Shown here in pieces: positions 36,311-44,463 of a stretch of 64,000 nt of DNA; the stretch's first letter is position 1; every line of letters begins with the position of its first letter. This DNA comes from Pirellulales bacterium. Lineage in GTDB: Bacteria; Planctomycetota; Planctomycetia; Pirellulales; UBA1268. Below the pieces are notes generated by a model. The model saw only the letters and a program-made list of their open reading frames with translations, had not been told where the DNA came from and ran no database searches. Where the stretch lies: assembly GCA_044234625.1 (NCBI GenBank), contig JBIIIP010000001.1, positions 52,497-116,496 of the forward strand. Reading direction: 5' to 3'. A program made the position numbers and the translations under genes.

Positions 36311-36559
36311 ATGGCTCTGCGAAAACTGCGTGTGTATACCGGTCCTGAAGCCGACAAGTCGGCGGCGTCGCTCGTGGCGGCCGCGGCTGATGAAAATCGC
36401 GTGCGCGTGTCACTCGGTGAGATTCTCCCGCTGCTGACCGATGCCGCGGCGAGCAACCGCACGTGGCTGTCTGATTTCGCGGATGACGAGGTCACGATCA
36501 CGGCAGACCTCTACGACGTGCTCCAGGCCTACCGGCATTTCCGCCGCCCGGGCGCCTGA
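36311..36559 (+). CDS. Hypothetical small protein (82 aa)
   Basis: ORF with GGGAG 8 nt upstream of the ATG. No recognisable domain. Coding status is inferred only from position and composition. Confidence 0.4.
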   Translation: MALRKLRVYTGPEADKSAASLVAAAADENRVRVSLGEILPLLTDAAASNRTWLSDFADDEVTITADLYDVLQAYRHFRRPGA

Positions 36560-36819
36560 ACAAGCTGAACAAGCTAATCAATTTGATCATGGGGACGATC
36601 CGCCGCCGCCCATGCTGGGTGTAGTCGGCCTTTTTTGTGGGGCCACCGCCGCCTCCGGCGCGTGAAGCCACCCCTCTTGCGGGTGATCGTTGCCTGCGCC
36701 ATACTCTCGTCCTTCCCGCCCCCAAGGCTGCGTGGTGACGGCAAGGCACCGCGCGCGTGAAAGCCACTGGGACCCACCCGCTTGCCGAAGCCGATCGCGA
36801 CTGTACGGCCGGCGACACC

Positions 36820-37443
36820 ATGCCAACACCTATGAACGGCTCCATCAATCTGACGGACCTCGGCCGCCGCGTGCGTGCAGCCCGGCTGGCCCGGCGGCTG
36901 ACGCTCGAGGAAGTGGTCTCTCGCACCGATTTCACGGTCAGCTGGCTTTCCAAACTGGAAAACGGCCAGTTGACGCCCTCGCTCGAGGGTCTCGTGAAGC
37001 TCTCTGACGTGCTCGAGTGCGGCGTCGACGAACTGGTCGAGGGACTGTCGATCCCGCCCCGGCATGTCGTCGTCAAGCGCGGCCACGGCCGCATGGAGCA
37101 GGCCCGGGCCGGCAAGTCGGCAACCGGGGTGGAGCATCTGGCCGACCAGTGGCGAGGCCGGGCCATGCAGCCGACGATCCTCTACCTCAACGGGGCGGAC
37201 CGCCGCGGGGCGGCTGAAAGCCACGATGGCCAGCGGTTCTTCTACGTCCTCGAGGGCGAGGTGCGGGTTGACTACGGCGACGAACCGATCCTGCTCTCCG
37301 GGGGAGACAGCATCTTCATCGACGCCACCATCCCGCACCGCGTGACCGCGGTCGAAAAGTCGAAGGCCCGCGTGCTCAGCGTGTCCTGCGAACCTCACGC
37401 CACCCATGACAACGCCCGCGCGCGTCGCAAACCGCCGCGCTAG
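36820..37443 (+). CDS. XRE-family HTH transcriptional regulator with C-terminal cupin domain
   Basis: LGRRVRAARLARRLTLEEVVSRTDFTVSWLSKLENGQ HTH, then FFYVLEGEVRVDYGDE..LSGGDSIFIDATIPHR cupin motifs. Confidence 0.8.
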   Translation: MPTPMNGSINLTDLGRRVRAARLARRLTLEEVVSRTDFTVSWLSKLENGQLTPSLEGLVKLSDVLECGVDELVEGLSIPPRHVVVKRGHGRMEQARAGKSATGVEHLADQWRGRAMQPTILYLNGADRRGAAESHDGQRFFYVLEGEVRVDYGDEPILLSGGDSIFIDATIPHRVTAVEKSKARVLSVSCEPHATHDNARARRKPPR

Positions 37444-37577
37444 CTGTCCGTGGAAAAAGCCATCCATGGCCTTTTTCCACTTGGTCGACCGCAAAAAACG
37501 CCGAGGGTTTTCTGGGTCGACGGCTATCGCATCCTGCTCAGGCAGACTTGTTCCACAGTCTGCTAGGCAACCGATGA

Positions 37578-37666
37578 GCATGGACAGACCGGAGGTCTGT
37601 CGCCACGTTGGGGAAGAGCATGGACAGACCAGAGGTCTGTCGCCACTGTGGGAGAGAGCCGGTGCG
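37578..37666. repeat. Two tandem REP-like units (40-bp period), core in inverted orientation relative to 33779-33805
   Basis: GCATGGACAGACC(G/A)GAGGTCTGTCGCCAC at 37578 and 37618. The second unit is followed by TGTGGGAGAGAGCCGGTGCG. Confidence 0.8.
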
Positions 37667-37688
37667 TTGCCACGAGCCGGATGGATGG

Positions 37689-38237
37689 CTAGCCGTCGAC
37701 CGGGGCGGCGGGCGTCGGCAGGATCAACTGCCAAAACTCCAGGTCGAGCCACCGTCCGAACTTGAAGCCCGCCTCGCGGACCGTCCCGCAGCAGCGAAAG
37801 CCGAGCGAGCTGTGCAGGGCGATGCTCGCCACGTTCGTGGCGTCGATGCCCGCGATCAGCATGTGCAGGTCGTGCCGCCGGCCCTCGGCCACGATCGCCT
37901 CGAGCAGTTGCCGGCCGATACCGTGGCCGCGAAACCGCTCGTCGACATACACGGAATGCTCCGCCGAATACTTGTAGGCCGGCCGGGGCCGGAACGGCCC
38001 CCAGGTGACGAAGCCGGCCAGCACGCCCGGCTCCCACTCAATCCCCAGCACCGGCACGTTGTCACGCTGCCGCACGGCGAACCACTCGCGCATCGTCTCC
38101 TCGCTCCGCGGGGCGTATTCATAGAGCGCCGTCGAGTGGAGGATCGCATCGTTGTAGATCGCGCGGATCGCCGGCAGATGCGCGGAGGTGCAGGCGATGA
38201 CGGGTCGGCGCGGAGGGGCGGGCTTCTTGCGTGACAT
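37689..38237 (-). CDS. GNAT family N-acetyltransferase (phosphinothricin acetyltransferase-like)
   Basis: AIRAIYNDAILHSTALYEY, AEHSVYVDERFRGHGIGRQLL, and NVASIALHSSLGF..GTVREAGFKFGRWLD. Confidence 0.85.
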   Translation of the reverse strand: MSRKKPAPPRRPVIACTSAHLPAIRAIYNDAILHSTALYEYAPRSEETMREWFAVRQRDNVPVLGIEWEPGVLAGFVTWGPFRPRPAYKYSAEHSVYVDERFRGHGIGRQLLEAIVAEGRRHDLHMLIAGIDATNVASIALHSSLGFRCCGTVREAGFKFGRWLDLEFWQLILPTPAAPVDG

Positions 38238-38249
38238 GGGCGGAGAAGT

Positions 38250-40001
38250 CTAGCCCACGCCGCCCGCCCGCGCCGCCGGCGGCGTCAGCCACGACACCAC
38301 CACCAGCACGACGAACCCCAGGGGAATCGTCACCAGGCCCGGCTGGCTGAAGGGCATGGGGGCCAGGTCGCGGGGCAGGCCGTAGACCTTCTCGAAGGTG
38401 TCGGCCGAGAGGAGAATCCAGCCCAGGGAGGCCGCCATGCCGGCCGTCACCGCCGCCACGATCCCCTGCTTGGTCGTTCGCCGCCAAAACAGCAGCATCA
38501 CCAGGGCCGGAAGGTTGGCGCTGGCGGCGATGTTGAAGGCCCAGCCCACGAGGAAGCTCACGTTGAAGCTCTTGAAGAGGATGCCCAGCGCCATGGCGAT
38601 CACCCCCAGGCCCACCGCCGCGATCTTCCCGCAGCGGACCTTTTCATGGTCGGTCATCCGCACCCCGCAGACGTTTTCCACGAGGTCGTGGGCCACCGCC
38701 CCGCTGCCGGCCATGATCAGGCCGCTCACGGTGCCGAGCACCGTCGTGAAGGCGATCGCCGAGATCACGGCGAAGAGCGTCGTGCTGAACGACTTCGCCA
38801 GGAGCGGCGCGGCCATGTTGGTGTCGGTGGGGTCGAGGGCGCCGCTGGTCATGGCCCCGAGCCCAAGAAAGAGCGTGAGCACGTAGAACACGCCAATCGC
38901 CGCGATCCCCACGACGGTACTCTTCCGGGCGGCCGCGCCGTCCTTGACGGTGTAGTAACGGATGAGGATGTGGGGGAGCGAGGCCGTGCCGCAAAAGAGC
39001 GCCAGCATCAGGCTCGCGAAATCGAGCCGGTCGGCGAGGCGGCCGCTGGAAAGGCCCTTGAAGAACCCGCCCGGCTTGAGCAGCTCGGCCCCGCGGCGCT
39101 CGACGGGCGAATAGGTCGTGTGCGTGCCGGCCTCGTCGACGTGCTTCTTCGCCGTCCAGGTGACGACCGTCGAATCCTCGAGCGCGGCAAGGTAGGCCAG
39201 CGGACCCAGCGGCCCGGTGGCGGTTTTGCCGGCGAATCGCTCCGGCAGCCGGGCGATCGTGCCCACCGGCCGCAGGTCGTGCTCGCGGTCCTGCGGTTCG
39301 CCGTCGACGAGCACCACGCCATCCGGGCGGACCGTGCGCACCTGGGCCACGAGGTTTTCCGCTCCCGGCCGGCCCGCATCGACGACCAAACCACGGTCGA
39401 GGATCAGCGCCGTGAGGATGCCGCAGAAGAAGACGAGCAGCGACCCCTTGATGAACTGCACCCACGTCGTCGACACCATGCCCGCCGTCACCACGATCAC
39501 CGTCACCGCCACGCCCACGAGGATCACGCCGACCGCGTGCGGCAAGCCGAGCAGTGGCGTGATCAGCGACCCGGCACCGACCATCTGCGGGATCAGGTAG
39601 AAGATGCTCACCACGAGCGTGGAGACCGCGACGGCCAGCTTGATGCCACGGCTGTTGAACCGGGCGTCGAGGGCGTCGGCGAACGTGAACCGGCCAAGGG
39701 CCTTGATCGGCTCGGCGATCACGAACAGGGCCACGACCCAGCCCGCCAGGAAGCCGATCGAGTAGAGAAAGCCGTCGTATCCGGAGAAGGCGATCATCCC
39801 GCAGATGCCGAGAAACGACGCCGCCGACAGGTAATCGCCCGCGAAGGCGATGCCATTGACGAACCAGTGCACCTGGCCATGGGCGGCGTAATACGCCTGG
39901 GCGGACTGCTTCCGGCGGCCCAGCCACAGCGACAGGCCGATCACGCCGGCGACGAAGGCGGCGAAAATGGCCACGGCCAGCGGGGAGGTTTCGTGGAGCA
40001 T
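38250..40001 (-). CDS. actP: Cation/acetate symporter ActP (SSS family)
   Basis: GRRKQSAQAYYAAHGQVHWFVNGIAFAGDYLSAASFLG and the SSS architecture. Preceded by a DUF485 gene, as in yjcH-actP. Confidence 0.85.
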   Translation of the reverse strand: MLHETSPLAVAIFAAFVAGVIGLSLWLGRRKQSAQAYYAAHGQVHWFVNGIAFAGDYLSAASFLGICGMIAFSGYDGFLYSIGFLAGWVVALFVIAEPIKALGRFTFADALDARFNSRGIKLAVAVSTLVVSIFYLIPQMVGAGSLITPLLGLPHAVGVILVGVAVTVIVVTAGMVSTTWVQFIKGSLLVFFCGILTALILDRGLVVDAGRPGAENLVAQVRTVRPDGVVLVDGEPQDREHDLRPVGTIARLPERFAGKTATGPLGPLAYLAALEDSTVVTWTAKKHVDEAGTHTTYSPVERRGAELLKPGGFFKGLSSGRLADRLDFASLMLALFCGTASLPHILIRYYTVKDGAAARKSTVVGIAAIGVFYVLTLFLGLGAMTSGALDPTDTNMAAPLLAKSFSTTLFAVISAIAFTTVLGTVSGLIMAGSGAVAHDLVENVCGVRMTDHEKVRCGKIAAVGLGVIAMALGILFKSFNVSFLVGWAFNIAASANLPALVMLLFWRRTTKQGIVAAVTAGMAASLGWILLSADTFEKVYGLPRDLAPMPFSQPGLVTIPLGFVVLVVVSWLTPPAARAGGVG

Positions 40002-40016
40002 CGGCAGGCCTCGAGG

Positions 40017-40244
40017 TCAGCGGCGGGCGCGGGCGACCATATAGACGACCGACAGGACGAACGCGGCCGCGATCAGGCCGATGCCGGAGGCGATCGCCAG
40101 ATTCACGCCGCCGAACAGCCGCCATGACAGCAGATCGGGCCGCCCCAGGACGAGCGCCATGAAGCCGCCGTAGAGGAGCACGTAGCCCCAGAAGAAAACG
40201 AGGCCCAGACGGCTCGAGCCCGGATCGGGCGGCTGGGCCGTCAT
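40017..40244 (-). CDS. DUF485 (YjcH-like) small membrane protein
   Basis: 75 aa with two helices, directly upstream of actP. Its ATG overlaps the sulfatase stop (ATGA). Confidence 0.75.
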   Translation of the reverse strand: MTAQPPDPGSSRLGLVFFWGYVLLYGGFMALVLGRPDLLSWRLFGGVNLAIASGIGLIAAAFVLSVVYMVARARR

Positions 40245-41677
40245 GGCGGCCCCCCACCGCCGGTCTTCGTCTCGGGCGGCGCGGTCGGAAACAGCATCCG
40301 CGGGCTCTCCACCACGCCCCCCGGCCGGCGACCGCGCGGGCCTGCGCCGGCGAGTTCGGCGGCCATGGCATGGAGGCGTTCCGACAGCCGCGCGACCACG
40401 TCGGCATGCGCGGCGGCCACGTCGGTCGTCTCGCCGATGTCGGCTTCGAGGTCGTAGAGCCGCGGCTGCCGGGCCGCGGCCGGGTGCGCGGCGGCCTTCG
40501 CATCCGCCACGGGCAGCTGCGGGGCGATGAACAGTTTCCAGCGGCCCTCGCGCACGGCCTCCAGCCCGTCGCGCGAGAAGAAATAATGCGCCTCCCGCGG
40601 CGACTTGGTCGCCGTGCCCAGGAGCAAGCCGGCGATGTCGCGTCCGTCGATGACGGGCTCCGCGGGCACGCTCCCGCCGGCCAGGCCGACGAGCGTGGGA
40701 AGGATGTCGATCGTGCCCGTCATGGCATCACACACCGTGCCGGCCGCGACGTGGCCCGGCCACCAGGCGATCGTCGGCACCCGCACGCCCCCCTCCCAGT
40801 TGCTCGTCTTGCTGCCGCGGAGCGGGCCGGCGCTGGTCGCCCCGCCGATGACGCTCACCCAGGGGCCATTGTCGCTGGTGAAGATCACGAGCGTGTTCTC
40901 CGCGAGTCCGAGCCGGCGCAGCGTGCCCAGCACCTCCCCCACGCTCCAGTCGACTTCCTCGACCCAGTCGCCGAACGGACCGTTGTCGCTCCGGCCCCGA
41001 AACTTTTCCCCGGGCGCCAGCGGCGCGTGCACCGCCGTGTGCGGCATGTAGAGGAAGAAGGGCCCGTCCTTCGCCTCCTCGATGAACCGCACCGCCTCTG
41101 CCGTCGTCGTCTCCACGAGCGTGGTCTGCCGCGCGTCGGTGAGCAGCTCGGTGACGCGGTCGTCTCGCAGGAGCGGCACGACCTTTTCTCCGGTCTCGGC
41201 CGACACTCGCTGCATGTCGTTGGAATACGGCAGGCCGAAGGAGCTGTCGAAGCCCTGGCGGGTCGGCAGAAACTCCGGCTGGTCGCCCAGATGCCACTTG
41301 CCGATGCAGGCCGTCGCGTAGCCGAGGGCCGAAAGCCGCTCGGCGATCGTGATCTCCGCGGGATTGAGGCCGTTGCGGGACGCCGGGGCGTAGACCCACG
41401 GCACGCCCACCCGCAGCCCGTAGCAGCCGGTGAGCAGCTGGGCCCGCGACACGGAGCACACGGGCGCCGCGTAGAAGTTCGTGAGCTTCATGCCTTCGGC
41501 CGCCATCCCGTCGAGGTGCGGCGTCTTCTGCTTCGTGGCCCCAAAGGGCCCGATGTCGCCGTAGCCCAGGTCGTCGATGAAGATGACGACGAAGTTCGGC
41601 GCTCCCGCCGACGCCACCCGCACGGCGGGAGCGATCAGGCCGCAGGCGAGGGCCAGGGCGAGCAGGCGAAGGTTCAT
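40241..41677 (-). CDS. Arylsulfatase (formylglycine-dependent family), secreted
   Basis: Signal peptide, NFVVIFIDDLGYGDIG, PVCSVSRAQLLTG, GKWHLG, and FTSDNGP. The long N-terminal ORF extension to 42295 is judged spurious. Confidence 0.9.
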   Translation of the reverse strand: MNLRLLALALACGLIAPAVRVASAGAPNFVVIFIDDLGYGDIGPFGATKQKTPHLDGMAAEGMKLTNFYAAPVCSVSRAQLLTGCYGLRVGVPWVYAPASRNGLNPAEITIAERLSALGYATACIGKWHLGDQPEFLPTRQGFDSSFGLPYSNDMQRVSAETGEKVVPLLRDDRVTELLTDARQTTLVETTTAEAVRFIEEAKDGPFFLYMPHTAVHAPLAPGEKFRGRSDNGPFGDWVEEVDWSVGEVLGTLRRLGLAENTLVIFTSDNGPWVSVIGGATSAGPLRGSKTSNWEGGVRVPTIAWWPGHVAAGTVCDAMTGTIDILPTLVGLAGGSVPAEPVIDGRDIAGLLLGTATKSPREAHYFFSRDGLEAVREGRWKLFIAPQLPVADAKAAAHPAAARQPRLYDLEADIGETTDVAAAHADVVARLSERLHAMAAELAGAGPRGRRPGGVVESPRMLFPTAPPETKTGGGGPP

Positions 41678-41727
41678 GGTCCGGAGCTTTCGAGAACGGG
41701 GATTGATGACGGTGGACGAATCGTCGG

Positions 41728-42777
41728 CTACCGGCCGACTTCGGCGATCACTCTCGCGTAGGCGGCGGGCCGGTCGGCGGCTGCGAGGCCGCGGATCGCC
41801 AGCAACTGCGGCCGCAGACCGAGGGGCCACCGGGGATCCTGCACGATCTTGGCGTCGGCCCGTGCGAGCAGGTCGTCGGCATTCGCGCCGGTAGCCGCCG
41901 ACGCGGCCGCGATCACGCTGCGGAGATACTCGGCCGCCTGCACCTCGGGATTGGGCGTGGCCGGCGCCTCGCACCGACCCGTCGCCCAGGCGATGCCTTC
42001 GAGGAGATGCTTCTGAAACATCGGCTCCTTCCAAGTGGCGTCGTTGTGGCCGAAGTTTGTATAGAAGAGCCGCCCCTTTCCATAGTCGCGCACCCACGAC
42101 ACGGGCACGTGCCATGGCTCCTTCGGCGTGCTCGCCGGCATGTCGAGGCTGACGAGAACGCGGAGGTTTTCCGGCTTGTAGCGAAGGTCGTATTGGTAGA
42201 CCTCGTCCCGCCACCGGAACCGCGGCGCGAACATCGCCGTCAGCCGGTGGCCCGGCTCGTGGACCACGAACGCATGCTCGCCCCCCGCATTCCACGGATG
42301 GCCGGCGAAGATTCCCCCGACGAAGTCACAGTACAGATCCGAGCTCTGGAACGTGTCGGTGGCGGCGTGCACGCCCACGAAGGCCTTGCCCGACTTGACC
42401 CAGCCGAGAAACGCCTGAAGGTCGGGAAGCGGCAAACTTCCGGTCGTATTCAAAAACATGACGCCGTCGAAACTGGCGAGCGATTCGGCCGAGAATGCCG
42501 ACGCAAACCGCTCTTCCAGGATCTTCTGCCGGGATGCGTCGTCTTCCGAAGGCCGCTCCGCGGACGGCATCCGCAGGAAGTCGACGTGAAACACGCCGCT
42601 CGAGCGGCCGAGCTCCTCGAGGATGGGCTCGGACATGGTGATCGAATCATGGCGGAAGCCCATCGTGACCGTGACGACGAGCAGCCGGGCCGGCCGCTGC
42701 GGCTCGGCCGCACGCGCCGATGCCGCGATCGCGAAAACGGCGACGGCGAGCAGGGGGAGCCGGTGAACGGGCTTCAT
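41728..42777 (-). CDS. ThuA-like domain protein (secreted)
   Basis: Signal peptide, LLVVTVTMGFRHDSI, FVGVHAATDTF, HPWN, and VSWVRDYGKGRLFYTNFGH. Confidence 0.8.
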   Translation of the reverse strand: MKPVHRLPLLAVAVFAIAASARAAEPQRPARLLVVTVTMGFRHDSITMSEPILEELGRSSGVFHVDFLRMPSAERPSEDDASRQKILEERFASAFSAESLASFDGVMFLNTTGSLPLPDLQAFLGWVKSGKAFVGVHAATDTFQSSDLYCDFVGGIFAGHPWNAGGEHAFVVHEPGHRLTAMFAPRFRWRDEVYQYDLRYKPENLRVLVSLDMPASTPKEPWHVPVSWVRDYGKGRLFYTNFGHNDATWKEPMFQKHLLEGIAWATGRCEAPATPNPEVQAAEYLRSVIAAASAATGANADDLLARADAKIVQDPRWPLGLRPQLLAIRGLAAADRPAAYARVIAEVGR

Positions 42778-43014
42778 GGGCGTCTCTGAAGGGCGCGGGC
42801 AACCAGATCGATTTCGGTACTGTACCGTCTCGGCCGGGAGCCTTCCGCCCCCCGCCGTCACCGGGAAAAAACGGCTGGTCCCCGCGTCCATCGGCCGGCC
42901 GAGAGCGGCAGCCGATTTGCCTTGCCACGGCCTGCCTCCGATAGTTTGCCACGGACGCCGCAGCACGGGCTGCGGACACGGCAGCGGATCGCCTGACCCT
43001 CCCAGGAGCGTGTC

Positions 43015-44274
43015 ATGGCGAGCGCGTCGCTCGAGCATTCCATCATCGTGGCCCCGGTGGCCCACGAAACCGTGCGGCCCTTGCTCGCGCCGCACGAGCC
43101 CCCCTGCCTGTCGCTCTATCAGCCCACGCACCGCAACGTCCCCGACAACACCGTCGATCAGCCGACGTTTCGCCACCTCGTGGAGTCGCTGGAGATGGCG
43201 CTCTCCCTGACGCACGGCCGCGAGGCCATCGAGCGACACCTGCATCCCTTCCACCTGCTCGCCGACGATCGCCACTTCTGGCAGCACACCGGCGCCGGCC
43301 TGGCGATGCTCGCCTCCGCGGGGCAGGCCCGTGTGTTTCACCTGCCCCGGCCGGTCAAGCCGCTGGCCAGCGTCGCCAAGCGGTTTCACACGCTGCCGCT
43401 GGTGCGGATCGCCGCGGCCAGCGACCGCTTTCACGTGCTCGCCCTCACCAGCCGGGAGGCCCACCTCTACGAAGGCCTGCAGTCCGGGCCGGGCGACACA
43501 CCGCAACGGCTGGTGCCCGTGCCCCTCGCCGGCGGCGACGAGCCGGGGGCCCATGGCGAGATCGTGCGCGAGTCGATCGTCGACGCGGAAACGTTCCAGC
43601 CCCACCGCGTGCAGCGCGGCATGGGGCCGAGTGGCCTGGGATACGGCAGCATCGTGCACGGCGGCACGGGCTCGAAGCAGGACGACATCGACGCCGACAC
43701 CGAGATCTTCTGCCGCGCGGTCGATGAAACCGTGCACGAGCGGGTGTCGAAGCATGCCGATCTGCCGCTCGTGCTCGTCGCCCTGCCCCGGCTGGCGGCG
43801 GTGTTCCGCGGCCTGTCGAAGAACCGGATGCTGCTCGAAGAGTTCGTGCCGCACGATCCCAAACTGCTTTCGCCCGACGACATGGCGGCGCTCGTGGCCC
43901 CGATCTTCTCCGCGGCCCGGCAGCGGCGGATCGACCGCGCCATCCGCACGTTCACCCACGCCCGCGACCGCGATCTGGCCGCAGGCGATCTGGCCGACAT
44001 CGGCCGGGCCGCCGTGGCCGGCCGCGTGGCCACGCTGCTCATCGAAGCCGATCGCTTCGAGACGGGACGCTTCGACCGGGCGACCGGAGCCATCGCCACC
44101 GACGGCGAGCCGCCGCGGGATCAGTCGCGCGGCGGCGACATTCCCGCCGTGCAGGCCGAGGACTTGTTTGGTGCCCTGGCCGAGACGGTGCTCCTTCACG
44201 GCGGCGGCATCCTCTCGCTCGAACGCAACGCCATGCCCACGGAAACCGGCGTGGCGGCGATCTACCGGTACTGA
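43015..44274 (+). CDS. baeRF3-like protein (bacterial eRF1-fold family), function unknown
   Basis: The pattern CLSLYQPTHR, FWQHTGAGLAML, FHLPRPV, RFHTLPL, FHVLALTS..AHLYEG, AAVAGRVATLLIEAD, and C-terminal GVAAIYRY matches my recollection of the baeRF family-3 consensus. Confidence 0.6.
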   Translation: MASASLEHSIIVAPVAHETVRPLLAPHEPPCLSLYQPTHRNVPDNTVDQPTFRHLVESLEMALSLTHGREAIERHLHPFHLLADDRHFWQHTGAGLAMLASAGQARVFHLPRPVKPLASVAKRFHTLPLVRIAAASDRFHVLALTSREAHLYEGLQSGPGDTPQRLVPVPLAGGDEPGAHGEIVRESIVDAETFQPHRVQRGMGPSGLGYGSIVHGGTGSKQDDIDADTEIFCRAVDETVHERVSKHADLPLVLVALPRLAAVFRGLSKNRMLLEEFVPHDPKLLSPDDMAALVAPIFSAARQRRIDRAIRTFTHARDRDLAAGDLADIGRAAVAGRVATLLIEADRFETGRFDRATGAIATDGEPPRDQSRGGDIPAVQAEDLFGALAETVLLHGGGILSLERNAMPTETGVAAIYRY

Positions 44275-44280
44275 CTACAA

Positions 44281-44460
44281 GGAAACCGCGGCATCCATGC
44301 CCGCTGTTTCCTTGGCGGGCTCCGCCCGCTGGTGCCAACACGGCCCTCCAGGCCTGGTGCGGGCAAAGGAGGATGAGGAAGTGGTGACAGGCCTCCGCGC
44401 CCCAACTCACGTGGCGACGGACCTCCGGTCTGTCGAGAAAATGCACCCGGCCCTCCAGGC
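44281..44460. repeat. REP-like element cluster
   Basis: GGAAACCGCGGCATCCATGCCCGCTGTTTCC (44281-44311). CGGCCCTCCAGGCCTGG (44341-44357). GTGGCGACGGACCTCCGGTCTGTCGAG (44411-44437). CCCGGCCCTCCAGGC (44446-44460). Confidence 0.8.
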
Positions 44461-44463
44461 TGC

